Shown here one piece after another: positions 30,328 to 41,741 of a stretch of 64,000 nt of DNA. Each line of letters starts with the position of its first letter. Within the stretch, counting starts at the first letter, position 1. The stretch comes from Promethearchaeota archaeon (lineage in GTDB: Archaea; Asgardarchaeota; Lokiarchaeia; Sigyniarchaeales; SOKP01), in the NCBI GenBank assembly GCA_016839555.1, contig JAEOUA010000010.1:96001-160000 (forward strand). The letters are read 5' to 3'. Below the pieces are notes generated by a model. The model worked only from the letters and a program-made list of their open reading frames with translations, was not told the DNA's origin and did no database searches. A program made the position numbers and the translations under genes.

Positions 30328-33300
30328 TTGTCAGATAATGGAAATAATATGATACGGAGTCTATGGTATTTAAATATTAATTCCACTAATGGTGTAGCCA
30401 TAGGCAAGTGTGGGAATAAAGGAAGTAATCTTACAGATCTGGATATAACTGCTGGATTGATAACCGCCAGTCAACAGTTAAATAATGAGATGGTTAATAA
30501 TGAGGAAACCAGTAAATATCATATTGAAGAAATAAAAGGAGGTTCAAAAAGGATAACACTTTATTCTACTTGGGCTAATGAAATAAGTAAACACGATAAA
30601 ACACTTGAAATTCCTATAGTTACCTCAATGCTACAAATATCTAGTCCAGAAATGCAAGAAACAGATTATAGTAAATTACTTTTATTTTTAAGAGATTTAA
30701 ATGATCAAATAATTTACCGGTTTATACTAAGAGAATTAGTCCAAGAAAGAACAATCGACCCTATTATTCATATAGATATCTTAAATCACCTTGTTAAAAA
30801 GTATAATGTAGATCAGAAAGGAATTTTAGGAAGCACTAGCAAAAATTTAGAGCAATTAATCGAACATGTTTTAACCAATATTTTTGAAAAAAATAAAAAT
30901 ATATTAAAGATATTGCTCTCTAGAGTCCCATTACAAAGCACTTTTTTTCAACAAGAATATATTAAAAGCATACAGGGGCTTAAAAAATTCCTAAAAAACC
31001 AAATAACTGAATTTTTGATAATTGAAACGTTTTTAACTTATATAAGGGAAGAAAAAATCTATGCAGAGAAAAATTCATTTAAAAATATAAGAAACCATTA
31101 TAATGAATATCTTGATAAACAAGAAACTTATTTCCAAAATAAAACAGCATTAAACAATGCTTTAGAGCGCAGTATATTAATTTTAGAGAATTTAACACCA
31201 CAATTTGATAAATTAGCATACAAGGATAATGTAAAAGATTTTTATGAAATAAAGAAAGCTCTTCTTGAAATACCAAACATAGAGCAGTTTTTAAAAGAGA
31301 TTTATTTAGATTTTAAAAAAAATACAAGCGCACAAAAGTTTAACATAATCAAAGAGAAATCGAATTATAAAGAACTTGATGTTAATAAGGATTTAGTTAA
31401 AGAAAATATAGTATCAAAAGAGGATTCAAAAGAATCTTATAAAAAATTAAAAATATTAAAAGAAAACCTCCAAGCAATTGTTTTTCTTACTGAAAAATTA
31501 TTTAAAGCTGATACAACATCATTATTAGACAAATTAAAGAATAAATTTGAAAAGGTAATAAATCAAAATCCTAAGTTCGAAAATAAGTCAAATCAAGTTG
31601 AATCTTATTACAAAATAAAAAATACTTTAGTCCGATATAACGAATATAACCAAAGTTTGAGAAAAATTTTAACTGGAAATAACTATAGAGAAAAAGTTAG
31701 TCAAATGATGAAAAAGAGTAGAAGTAACCTTCTTACCAAACTGTTAGATGCACTTTTTTCTGAAATATTTCATTCATATAGTCATTTTAAATATGTTATT
31801 GCGTATCCTGGTGATTTTAAAAAATTTATAATTGAAAAATTAATACAACACTTAAACCAATTTCTAAAAAATATTCAAAATTTTGGCTTTGCAAATATAT
31901 TAAATGAAATCTTACGAATAATTAATCCTAATAATTTGATAAAATATTATTCAACCTGTTTGTTGAGATCTTTTTTAGCAAATTTTTTATTAGAAAATTT
32001 TAGGGATCATCCTTTTGCTATCACTGATATTAATCCCGTTTTGGCTTTTGATACCTATTCACTTAAGTTTTGTGCTGAAATTATTAAGAATTCCGGATTA
32101 AATGAAGATATTTATAATGTTATTGATCAAATAAAATTACCCGAAGATTATAAAGAATCTTTCGTTCAAATAATGGATAGTACGGGCTTGACAACTGAGG
32201 ATATAATAAATGAACTAAACAATTCTCGCAAAATATTTAATTCTTGGGTTAATCACATTGATGATTTAATGAATAGTTTGAAAAAAGTAAAGAAAAATAT
32301 CACACCTAATATGTTGATTGATTATTGTTATGAGTTTATAGAAGAGAATAAAAATAAAGCAGATGAGTACATAGAAAAGGGGATCTATTTCATTAAGGAT
32401 AATATTTTAAAAAATACGAAGAAAGGGAGTATAGAACAAAGGAATGAATTAATAGAAATTTATAATAATGAAATCGAAATTCAAGAGCTAAAAAATAAAC
32501 TTCAAAAGATAGAAAATGATACGACTAAAATTTTCGGTGGAAAGCATCCTTATAATAAATTAATTTCTAAGGTGAATTCACTTCTTGCCAATCAATTAAA
32601 TCAAGATAAAGAAATAATATCAGACATCATAAATAGTCTTGATTATTTGGTAGACACACAGAAAGTTGAAAATGTAAAATTTGTTTTAAATAAAATTGAT
32701 AATTTTAGAAAATTATTCGAAAATAGTAATGAAGTAAAAAAATTAGAAGAGAATTTAAGTAATGTATTCGAATATGAGAGATTTAAAGAACTTTATATCA
32801 AGTTAGACGCTCTTAACAATAAATTTTTAAAGTTAGAGCAATATTCTCATATAAAGGGTTTACTAAAAACTGCTTCCAGCCAAGAACCAATATTTGGAAA
32901 ATCTAAGATTGAATGCAAATATAAAGCATATAATCTACTATTAGAGGCTTTAGTGGAAACATATTCAGTTATATACGAAGATTTTTTTGGTAAATTCTCT
33001 TTTGAAGATACTAAAGGTCTATTTTTTTCTGATGTAAAGGTAACTATTAATCTCGGAAAAATTTTTAATTATCAGTATAATATTGTAAAAAAAGCATTCC
33101 AGTTTAAAACGGGATTAGATAGATTAAAAGATGTTTTCGAAAATATTGAAAAATACTCAAATAAATTTGATTATATTGATTTAAACTACGCTATGAATTA
33201 TTTGAGAAAATTTAAAAAACATAATGAGTACATTGGCTCTGAATTGATAGAATATCTTTATAAGAAAGAAAATTTAAAGAAATTTTTTGATTATATTATT

Positions 33301-34287
33301 AACTATTTCAGTAAAAAATCGAAAATAAAAGATTTACAAGAGTCAATTAAAATATTATATACCAACACTCTAAAATATATTAAAGGATCTGGAAAAGTGC
33401 CTTTTTTTCCTAAAGATTTAAGAGTTTTGAAAGATGAACAACTCCTCATTTTACACGGTATACTAGAAAATGTTCAAAAATCTGACAAATCTTTTTATAT
33501 TAAAGGAAATCATCCTGATAAAAATCATCCATCAAATAAATACAATTTAAATAATCTCTCAGAAAAAAAAATTGAAAAATTAATAGAAAACATTAATGAG
33601 ATTGAAAGTTTTTTCAGAAAGGATATAAGTTTTCTATTTAAAAAACTTTCTTATGAGGCTGAAAATTTGAGACCACTTGAGGAAATTATTGATGAAGTTC
33701 ATGATGAGTTAAAAGAAAGCATTAAACAAGAAGTAGAAAAATATTCTTTAAGTGAATATGATTTTAAGGATATAAACAAGATCAGGATTATGGCATTATT
33801 AAATCGAACTGAATATGAATTACCTCTTGATATTAAATTATATTTAATCAATCAAGGGCGCTATAACAGAGCAACAATAGAAAACTTAATAAAAGCATCT
33901 ACAAAAATAAGCGAATTATTTAAATTAATAATAAATAGAGCCGTTTTAAAAGATCCAGTATTAAAGGCCCTTTTAAATATACAATTAAAGTTTGAAGAAA
34001 ATGGAACTGCCATTCTTCCCTACAAATTAACAATTACTTCTGAAATTACAACACAGAATAAATTTGCGATATTTGGAAAAAATTCTCTATGGGAAAATCA
34101 ACATTATCTTAAAGGATTTAAATTATCTGAGGAAGAGAGTCATAAAAAGACATATGAACAAGTTTTAAAAACTAAAGTTAATCTAAAAATATCAGAAGAA
34201 TTAAAACCCTTAATGAATATTCTTAATAAATATTCGAGAGAGATTCATACGGGATTTAACAAGGTTTATAAAAAACTATTTGAATAG
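30328..34287 (+). CDS. Large (1319 aa) helical protein with putative N-terminal longin-like domain (start may be ATG 30349)
   Basis: MIRSLWYLNINSTNGVAI...DLDITAGLITASQQLNNEM...IEEIK pattern; the rest is K/E/L/N-rich and helical. Confidence 0.7.
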   Translation: MSDNGNNMIRSLWYLNINSTNGVAIGKCGNKGSNLTDLDITAGLITASQQLNNEMVNNEETSKYHIEEIKGGSKRITLYSTWANEISKHDKTLEIPIVTSMLQISSPEMQETDYSKLLLFLRDLNDQIIYRFILRELVQERTIDPIIHIDILNHLVKKYNVDQKGILGSTSKNLEQLIEHVLTNIFEKNKNILKILLSRVPLQSTFFQQEYIKSIQGLKKFLKNQITEFLIIETFLTYIREEKIYAEKNSFKNIRNHYNEYLDKQETYFQNKTALNNALERSILILENLTPQFDKLAYKDNVKDFYEIKKALLEIPNIEQFLKEIYLDFKKNTSAQKFNIIKEKSNYKELDVNKDLVKENIVSKEDSKESYKKLKILKENLQAIVFLTEKLFKADTTSLLDKLKNKFEKVINQNPKFENKSNQVESYYKIKNTLVRYNEYNQSLRKILTGNNYREKVSQMMKKSRSNLLTKLLDALFSEIFHSYSHFKYVIAYPGDFKKFIIEKLIQHLNQFLKNIQNFGFANILNEILRIINPNNLIKYYSTCLLRSFLANFLLENFRDHPFAITDINPVLAFDTYSLKFCAEIIKNSGLNEDIYNVIDQIKLPEDYKESFVQIMDSTGLTTEDIINELNNSRKIFNSWVNHIDDLMNSLKKVKKNITPNMLIDYCYEFIEENKNKADEYIEKGIYFIKDNILKNTKKGSIEQRNELIEIYNNEIEIQELKNKLQKIENDTTKIFGGKHPYNKLISKVNSLLANQLNQDKEIISDIINSLDYLVDTQKVENVKFVLNKIDNFRKLFENSNEVKKLEENLSNVFEYERFKELYIKLDALNNKFLKLEQYSHIKGLLKTASSQEPIFGKSKIECKYKAYNLLLEALVETYSVIYEDFFGKFSFEDTKGLFFSDVKVTINLGKIFNYQYNIVKKAFQFKTGLDRLKDVFENIEKYSNKFDYIDLNYAMNYLRKFKKHNEYIGSELIEYLYKKENLKKFFDYIINYFSKKSKIKDLQESIKILYTNTLKYIKGSGKVPFFPKDLRVLKDEQLLILHGILENVQKSDKSFYIKGNHPDKNHPSNKYNLNNLSEKKIEKLIENINEIESFFRKDISFLFKKLSYEAENLRPLEEIIDEVHDELKESIKQEVEKYSLSEYDFKDINKIRIMALLNRTEYELPLDIKLYLINQGRYNRATIENLIKASTKISELFKLIINRAVLKDPVLKALLNIQLKFEENGTAILPYKLTITSEITTQNKFAIFGKNSLWENQHYLKGFKLSEEESHKKTYEQVLKTKVNLKISEELKPLMNILNKYSREIHTGFNKVYKKLFE

Positions 34288-34547
34288 AAAAACTATAATT
34301 TCACTAAAAGATATTTTGATTGTTTATTTAATTCATTTTTTAATATTATACTAATAGATAAGTGGAGAGTGAAATCGCTTTCTAATTATGGATTTGGATT
34401 ATTTTATTAAAAATATTTATATAGATCTTCATAAAACTAAAAATTTAATATAAAATTCTTCTATTATTATGCAAAAAAGGATTAAATTTTTTATTATATT
34501 ATTTTAATTTCTATTAGTTATAAAAAGATTGCTTATAGTTTAAAAAG

Positions 34548-35663
34548 ATGGCAAACCGAACAATTGTAATGGATATAGGTGCATATAGCTCAAAAGTCGG
34601 ATTTGCGGGAGAAGATACCCCAACACTTGAATTTTTTACAAGAGTAGGAAAACCGAAATATCAAGAATTAGATAAAAAATTTATGAAATTAGACCAAGAA
34701 TTATATGTGGGAGACGAAATACAATCAGTGGGTTTATACAAAATTTTTAATCCCATCCAAAAAGGTAAAATCGTGGATTGGAATTATTTTAGGAAGATAA
34801 TCGATTATTGTTTTTATAATTTAAGGGTTGATCCTACTCTTGTAAATGTTCTTTTTGCCATTCACCCTCTCTTTCCTTCTAAAGATAAAAAACGATTGTT
34901 CGAATTATTTTTAGAAGAAATTCAATGCCGAGCATTTTATCCGATTTTGGAAACGATGCTTATTTTATATTCAGGGGGGTTTCAAACGGGACTAATAGTT
35001 GAAATTGGTGAAAGTAGCACAAGAATAGTTCCTATATATAAGGGCTATATAATTGATCATGCTATAGAGGTTTTAGAGATAGGTGGTAAAGTTTTAACAA
35101 AATATATGGGAGAGGTAATTGAGAACAGTACTGGGTTTAGCCCTGATACTTCTATAAGAAGGGAAATCATGCGAGCACTTAAAGAGAAGGCTTGCTTTAT
35201 ATCATTAGACTATAAAGAAGATTTACGAAGAAGTAATCAATATAAAAAGGAATATTATTTACCTGACGGTTCAACTATCACTCTAAGTAAAGAAAGGTTT
35301 ATGGTTCCCGAATTATTATTTAATCCCAAATCAGGTTTTGAGTTTAAACCATTACATGAAGCAGTATTGGATGTATTAGAGAAATGTGATGTCAACATAC
35401 GACCGAAATTGTTAAAAAAAATCTTTTTATCAGGAGGTTCCTCAATGTTTCCCAATCTGAAATCCCGCTTATATCAAGAATTAGAATTAGAATTAGCAAG
35501 AAGAAAGAAAGAAAACCTTGGCATCAAAATTATTGCCCCTCGCGAAAGAAGAAATTCTGTATGGATCGGAGGTTCTATATTAGCCATTCTTCCTGAATTT
35601 TCTGAGAAATGGATCACAAGGGCTTCTTATTTTAGAAATGGAATACCCCAAGAATTATTATAA
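34548..35663 (+). CDS. Actin-family protein (divergent Asgard actin/Arp)
   Basis: IVMDIGAYSSKVGFAGEDTP, TGLIVEIG, VPIYKGY, KEKACFISLDY, YYLPDGSTI, ERFMVPELLFNP, LSGGSSMFP, SVWIGGSILA. Confidence 0.95.
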   Translation: MANRTIVMDIGAYSSKVGFAGEDTPTLEFFTRVGKPKYQELDKKFMKLDQELYVGDEIQSVGLYKIFNPIQKGKIVDWNYFRKIIDYCFYNLRVDPTLVNVLFAIHPLFPSKDKKRLFELFLEEIQCRAFYPILETMLILYSGGFQTGLIVEIGESSTRIVPIYKGYIIDHAIEVLEIGGKVLTKYMGEVIENSTGFSPDTSIRREIMRALKEKACFISLDYKEDLRRSNQYKKEYYLPDGSTITLSKERFMVPELLFNPKSGFEFKPLHEAVLDVLEKCDVNIRPKLLKKIFLSGGSSMFPNLKSRLYQELELELARRKKENLGIKIIAPRERRNSVWIGGSILAILPEFSEKWITRASYFRNGIPQELL

Positions 35664-35818
35664 AACTTGACTTCTATTAATTTTGATTTAATAAAACCTA
35701 AGTTTTTATTATGCTACTAAATCATATTAAAGCCTAAGATCAAAGATAATATCGTGGTATTATATTTAATTTAATAAAACTGATTATTTAATTTTTATAA
35801 TATAAGGTTAGAATTTAT

Positions 35819-36211
35819 GTGAAAAAAATAATGGAAAATTTAGATAATATTGATTTGAATCCCAGGCAAATAATGAAAAAATATTATAAGCCTGATTATG
35901 GTCCTCTTTTTAATAAAATTAAAAATATTCGAGCTCCCGTAAAAAATAAAATTTTAGAAACACTTTTAGATGGCAAATGGCATTCAGAATTAGAGATTAT
36001 TAGAATTGCAAAAAGAGAACAACAATATATTGGATCCGTAACCATATCTACTATGATTCATTCATTAAATAAGGTTTTAAAAAACGATTATATTGAAAAG
36101 CAAGTCATTGAGGGGAAAATGTATTACAAATTATCTGACAATTATGTTGGATTAACAAGAGCCGCCTATTCAAGATATAAACATAAAACCCTTGATATTA
36201 ATGATATTTAA
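35819..36211 (+). CDS. Putative winged-helix protein
   Basis: KILETLLDGKWHSELEI...YIEKQVIEGKMYYKL; stop overlaps the topA stop (TTAA). Confidence 0.65.
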   Translation: MKKIMENLDNIDLNPRQIMKKYYKPDYGPLFNKIKNIRAPVKNKILETLLDGKWHSELEIIRIAKREQQYIGSVTISTMIHSLNKVLKNDYIEKQVIEGKMYYKLSDNYVGLTRAAYSRYKHKTLDINDI

Positions 36212-38388
36212 CTTTTTTTAACGCATTTATTATTTTTTATGGTATAGTCTTTACAGGATGAACAAAAACCTTTTCCTGAAATTTTTTGATCTAGGCCTTT
36301 ATTCCAGCAATAAGGACACATGTAATATTGAAAAGACTTATTACTTTTATATGTGTAAATTTTAAATACATTGAATCCGCATTCTGAACAAAATGCATTC
36401 TTTAATATATATATTCTACCTTTATTAGGAAGATTCAGATATTTTTTTGGACATTGTTCATTTAAACACACTAAAAATCTTTTTTTATTTCTAGTAATTA
36501 TTAATTTCATTTTTGCTTGATGGCAGTGAGGACAATTTGCTGAGGTAATATCTTTATTTCTAGCATAATCAAATTGGAATTTTTTCGTATCTAAAGATGT
36601 GATTTTTGATTCAAGAATTTTTTTATTGGCTAGAAAATTATCGAATAATTTTAGAAAAATGGTTCTCATTGCTTTTATAACAGAATCTTTACTCTTTACA
36701 CCCTCTTTAATATCATTTAATAATGTTTCAATCATTTGAGTGAATTTAGGGTTAAGAAATGGCAACCACACTTTAATTAAATTTTCTATTAAAAATATCC
36801 CTAACTCAGTAATTTCATATCTTCTTTTATTCTTTATTATTAACCCCCGGTTTTCTAATGTTTGTATAATTACTGGACGAGTTGATTTCGTTCCTAAATT
36901 ATTTTTTTCCATCAGTTGTAATAAAGAAGTATCACTGTAAAATGGAAGTGGTTTTGTCTCCTTTTTATTTAAATCGATACTTTTAATTGGCAATGTATTT
37001 TTCTTTATTTCTATTAGAGGACTATATTTTTTTTTCAAAAAAGGTGCGATACTCAAAAAACCCTCAGAGATCAGAGAAACTAAGGAGGAATTAAAAATTT
37101 CATCTTTTATAGATAATTTTAGATTGACTTTAGATTCCATTGCTTTTTCCCCAAATAAAGCCAAATAATTTCGTGATAAAAGATCATATACTTTTACTTG
37201 GAGATCATTCTTTAATTGTGGATTATCTAATTCAAGACTTTCAAGAGGGGTTATTGGTGGATGATCGCCTGCATCTTTTTTACCTTTTGTGGGTTGGAAT
37301 CGATTATTTTTTAATAATTGTAAAGAATAATTACCATAACTTGAATGATTACCAAATTTCTGAATAATTTCCTGATGATTAAAGCTATTTTTATAGATAT
37401 CACTATCTGTTCTAGGGTATGTTATGATTTGATTAAGATATAAATCACTCATAATCTTTAGCGCAAGGTTAGCACTAATATGAAGCTCTCTAGTTAATAA
37501 TATGAGGGCTTTAGAGGTATTTAATGGCGTGGGCGGATTTAAAACCTTCGTCTTTTTTGCTTTATTGATAATATAAGCAATCGATTCATTTTTTATTTTA
37601 TCATAAATATCTTTTGCATGCTGATATTGATTTTGGTCGAATGGGTTTGATTGATGATATCCTTTAAATTCATACTGATCATAAGTAAATATTCCATCGA
37701 TAGTAAAATAGGGTACGGGAGAAAAGTCTTTAATTTCTTTATCTCTTAAATAGATTAAATAAAGCAAGGATGTTTGGACTCTTCCAATGGATACAAATTT
37801 TCGATTGATTTGGGTGAGTAAGGGTCTTAAGGTATTTGTAACTTCTCTCGTGGCTGAGAATCCTATTATAGCATCAATCAAGGCTCTGGCTTCTCCAGAT
37901 TCTGCCCAATTCCATTTTGGCTGTATTTGATTGTTAAATTTTTTTAAAATTTCATTTTTTTGTAAAGAGCTGAGCCACATTTGAGATATATTGATATTTT
38001 CATTTTCATTTTTTATAAATGGTAACGCATCGAATAATCCAATATTGCATCCCTCAATATCCGCATCAGTTCCAATAACACATTTATTAGATTTTTTTGC
38101 ATATTTTTTAAGGGCCTGAATATATGGATAAGCATATGATTTCGGTTTCTTTCTGATTGCTGAAGGATTAGTAATAATTTCCCTTGGATTTGATCCCGTC
38201 CAACTTTTATATTCTTTTGAATTTCTATGCTCTAAAATATGACCTCTTAAGGGAATAACATAGAGATTTTTGTTTATAACTTCGTATATTTCGATAAATT
38301 TATTTTCTTTTATTGTTCTTGTTGAACCTAATGATTCTGCAATTGCTTTTGCTGCTTTTTTTTTCTCAGCTACTATTAAGGTTGCCAT
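36208..38388 (-). CDS. topA: Type IA DNA topoisomerase with C-terminal zinc ribbons
   Basis: LIVAEK, GH, TDADIEG, SIGRVQT, catalytic ITYPRTDS, HPPITP, LGTKSTR. Confidence 0.95.
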   Translation of the reverse strand: MATLIVAEKKKAAKAIAESLGSTRTIKENKFIEIYEVINKNLYVIPLRGHILEHRNSKEYKSWTGSNPREIITNPSAIRKKPKSYAYPYIQALKKYAKKSNKCVIGTDADIEGCNIGLFDALPFIKNENENINISQMWLSSLQKNEILKKFNNQIQPKWNWAESGEARALIDAIIGFSATREVTNTLRPLLTQINRKFVSIGRVQTSLLYLIYLRDKEIKDFSPVPYFTIDGIFTYDQYEFKGYHQSNPFDQNQYQHAKDIYDKIKNESIAYIINKAKKTKVLNPPTPLNTSKALILLTRELHISANLALKIMSDLYLNQIITYPRTDSDIYKNSFNHQEIIQKFGNHSSYGNYSLQLLKNNRFQPTKGKKDAGDHPPITPLESLELDNPQLKNDLQVKVYDLLSRNYLALFGEKAMESKVNLKLSIKDEIFNSSLVSLISEGFLSIAPFLKKKYSPLIEIKKNTLPIKSIDLNKKETKPLPFYSDTSLLQLMEKNNLGTKSTRPVIIQTLENRGLIIKNKRRYEITELGIFLIENLIKVWLPFLNPKFTQMIETLLNDIKEGVKSKDSVIKAMRTIFLKLFDNFLANKKILESKITSLDTKKFQFDYARNKDITSANCPHCHQAKMKLIITRNKKRFLVCLNEQCPKKYLNLPNKGRIYILKNAFCSECGFNVFKIYTYKSNKSFQYYMCPYCWNKGLDQKISGKGFCSSCKDYTIKNNKCVKKS

Positions 38389-38536
38389 AAAGGTAAGGAT
38401 TTGGTTTTGAATTCAAAATTTGAGATTTTCAATATAATAAATTTATTATTTATATAAAAATAATACACCTATCATAATTTCTAATTATATTAAAATAAAA
38501 AATGGGTTTGAAAAATTCCTCTATTAATTCTAATTT

Positions 38537-39598
38537 TTATTTCCAAGTTTCTTTAAAAATTCTTAACCAATTTTTATAAGCAATTTTTTCTAATGATGTT
38601 TTTGAATATCCTCTATCTTTAAGTACATCAATTAAATTTGGATAATAGGATACATCTTTAATCAACTTGGGCATTTCTGTGCCATCAAAATCGGAACCAA
38701 ATGCTATATGGTTAATGTTTATCCTTTGAACAATATAATCTATATGATCCACGATAAACGATAAACTCATATTTTTATCAGGCATAGAGGAGGGCAATAA
38801 ATTAATGGGATCAAAATATATTCCAATTAATCCATCTGAATCCCCAATTATATCAATCTCTTTATCTGTAATATTTCTCGTAGACTTACATATATTAAAA
38901 ACCCCTGTATGTGATACAATGAGAGGAGCTGTAGAAAGTTTAGCAACATCCATAAACCCTTTTTCATTTATGTGTGCCAAGTCAATCATAATTCCTAATT
39001 CATTGCATTTTTTTATAAGATTTTTACCATAATTTGTTAGTCCTGAACCAATATTTGGTGTGTGGGGAAATTTAAAAGGAACCCCATAGCCAAACTCGTT
39101 TGGTCTACTCCATACGAGTCCTAGAGCCCTCAATCCCTTATCATAATAATTTTCCAAATTTTTAAGATCTTTTCTAATTGCTTCCGCTCCTTCAAAATGT
39201 AAAACTATACTAAATTTATTTTGAGTAATACAATTTGTTATTTCATCGTAATTCCTAATTATTTTAATGATTCCATTAGCTTGCTTTTCTAAATTATAAA
39301 GATTTTGTATTATTGAATTTGTAAAATCTTTAGCATATTTATGGTCAATTGGAGGATTCATTTTTACTTCGTAACCATTATTTGTAAACTGCAAACGAGG
39401 GTTCGAAGCACTTTCTAAATTTATGTTTTGATTAGGAACATTGATTGAAAAAATACCTCCTATTAACCCTCCTTCTTGGGCCCGGATAAGATCAATATGA
39501 CCATAAGTGCTTTTATTTAAAAAATTTTGCTTTTTACTCTTTCCCTGTTTATATAGTTTGACTAGAGTATCATTGTGCCCATCAAAAATAGGAATCAT
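38537..39598 (-). CDS. Membrane dipeptidase family (M19)
   Basis: FDGHND, HFEGAE, IDLAH, SHTG, RNITD, GSDFDG. Confidence 0.93.
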   Translation of the reverse strand: MIPIFDGHNDTLVKLYKQGKSKKQNFLNKSTYGHIDLIRAQEGGLIGGIFSINVPNQNINLESASNPRLQFTNNGYEVKMNPPIDHKYAKDFTNSIIQNLYNLEKQANGIIKIIRNYDEITNCITQNKFSIVLHFEGAEAIRKDLKNLENYYDKGLRALGLVWSRPNEFGYGVPFKFPHTPNIGSGLTNYGKNLIKKCNELGIMIDLAHINEKGFMDVAKLSTAPLIVSHTGVFNICKSTRNITDKEIDIIGDSDGLIGIYFDPINLLPSSMPDKNMSLSFIVDHIDYIVQRININHIAFGSDFDGTEMPKLIKDVSYYPNLIDVLKDRGYSKTSLEKIAYKNWLRIFKETWK

Positions 39599-39870
39599 TT
39601 GTTTAATACCTTTAAATTATTAACTTTTTTATATTTTTGAAAGTAAATTTTTATCATATTAATTATAAGCGTTTCTGCTTTACAAATTTTTTAGTGTTAA
39701 GTTAAATGATTTATGCAATAATTTATTAAACAAAAATAGTATCATCTAATCATTTAGGAGTAAAATTTTAGTAAATATAAATAGAATGAAAAAAGCCCGT
39801 ATGAAAATATTAGTAGAATTTTTTCAATTTTACTTTTAATACGGTTTTTAAATTGCAATAACTTCTACAC

Positions 39871-41424
39871 TTAAAGATCAATTTCTTTAATTTCTCTTTT
39901 TAGGATGGTAAATATAAATGTAGTACCTACACCTAAAATACTTTCAAATTTTATTTCCCCCCCAAATAGCTCCACTAATCTTTTTGTTAAAGGCAATCCT
40001 AATCCCGTTCCATTGGTAGAACGTACGTAAGTGGAATCAATTCTTTTAAATTCTTTAAAAACTAAGTCAAAATCTTCTCTTGCGATTCCTATTCCCGTAT
40101 CTTTTACTTTAAAAATCCATTGATCATGTTTTTCCTTTATTATTAATATAATTGTCCCTTCCATAGTAAATTTAATAGCATTATTTAAGAGGTTATAGAG
40201 AATTTGTTTTAATCTAATAGGATCAACGAAAATAAGTTTTTCATTTTCTACCCCTTTGAATTTAATTTTTAAATTTTTTTTTCTATATAATGGTTTAAGA
40301 GATGAGAGAATTTGAGTTATTATTGTGTTTAATGAACATTTTTGATAATTTAATATAGTCTTCCCTGCTTCAATTTTAGAAATATCAAGAATTTGTTTTA
40401 TCATATCAAATTGATGGTGAGCTGAGGATTTAATATCTTTAATAAATTCCAATTGTTTTTCATTTAATTTTCCGTACGCTCCCTCTAAGAGTAAATCTGT
40501 AAAACCTATTATTGCATTTAATGGGGTTCTCAATTCATGCGACATAGTTGCCATAAATTCTGTTTTAAACTGAGAAGATTTTAAGATTTGATCTAAATAA
40601 AGCTTTTGCTCATTGAGAAGTTTATTCAATCTTTTTGTTCTATTTTCAACTTCTTGTTCTAATTTTTCCTTAAATCGTTTCTCTAGGATTTCTACTTTCT
40701 TTTTTTCAGTTATATCTTGAAAAATAAATTGAATTAAGATATTTTCTCCCGCTTTTACCAAAGATGCTTGAATATTTACCCATATATTATCTTTATTTTT
40801 AGTTCTAATTTTAAGTTCAACAGGTTTGGGAAATTTTCCCTTAAATGAAGCTTTAAAAATATTTTTATAGAAAGGTTTAATTTCTATTGGAAATAACTCT
40901 TTTAATTTAAAAATAGATCTGTTAATTATATCCTTTTTATTAAAACCTAATAATCTTTGTGTTGTTATATTAGCATCAATTACAATTCCTTTAAAATTAA
41001 GAATTAAAATTGCATTCGGAGAATTTTCAAACAAAGTTTTATATCTTTCTTCAGCAATTCTTCTTTTAGTAATATCCTGTAAAACTAAAAAATATCTCAT
41101 TTTACCCATATTATCATAGTAAGATTTGCCTGTATATTCAAATGAAATCCATTTATTATTAATATCTTTGATTTTAATAGTTTTTCTTTTATTTTCAGGT
41201 TTAAATCTATTTTTCAATTGATTAATAACTTGTTCCTTATTTTCTTCATCAATATAATTAATCAAGGAATTTCCTAATAATTGATTCTTATTATAACCTA
41301 ATTTTTCATATAAAACATTCTTATTTATATATTCAATTTTGAATTGATCATTGAGATTAAATACTAAATCATTAATATTATTCAAAATAGTTTTATATTG
41401 TTTTAAATTGTTAGATGATGACAT
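39871..41424 (-). CDS. PAS-PAS sensor histidine kinase
   Basis: Two PAS/PAC domains; MSHELRTPLNAIIGF, NLLNNAIKFT, DTGIGI, GTGLGL. Confidence 0.95.
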   Translation of the reverse strand: MSSSNNLKQYKTILNNINDLVFNLNDQFKIEYINKNVLYEKLGYNKNQLLGNSLINYIDEENKEQVINQLKNRFKPENKRKTIKIKDINNKWISFEYTGKSYYDNMGKMRYFLVLQDITKRRIAEERYKTLFENSPNAILILNFKGIVIDANITTQRLLGFNKKDIINRSIFKLKELFPIEIKPFYKNIFKASFKGKFPKPVELKIRTKNKDNIWVNIQASLVKAGENILIQFIFQDITEKKKVEILEKRFKEKLEQEVENRTKRLNKLLNEQKLYLDQILKSSQFKTEFMATMSHELRTPLNAIIGFTDLLLEGAYGKLNEKQLEFIKDIKSSAHHQFDMIKQILDISKIEAGKTILNYQKCSLNTIITQILSSLKPLYRKKNLKIKFKGVENEKLIFVDPIRLKQILYNLLNNAIKFTMEGTIILIIKEKHDQWIFKVKDTGIGIAREDFDLVFKEFKRIDSTYVRSTNGTGLGLPLTKRLVELFGGEIKFESILGVGTTFIFTILKREIKEIDL

Positions 41425-41741
41425 GGAGTTTATTTTTTTATTCTAATATTATTATTTAAATTTCACTTTGATAATACTTGATATTATTTGTTTATTTGAT
41501 AATCTATTTAATAGTAAAATTTTTCTTTATAAAGTTTAGTTATTCAAAATTCGGATATAAATGGAATATCTTCTAAATTAGAAAGAAAGAGAAAATAATA
41601 AGTTCAAATTTATTTCTAATTTGTAAGAATGCAATATATTCTAGATTTCAGAAATTGACTTAGTAGTATTAGACTTAAATTATAATAAACACAGTATTAA
41701 GAGAAAGGTAAAAATTATTCCTAATTTTTTTTTTCCAATTA

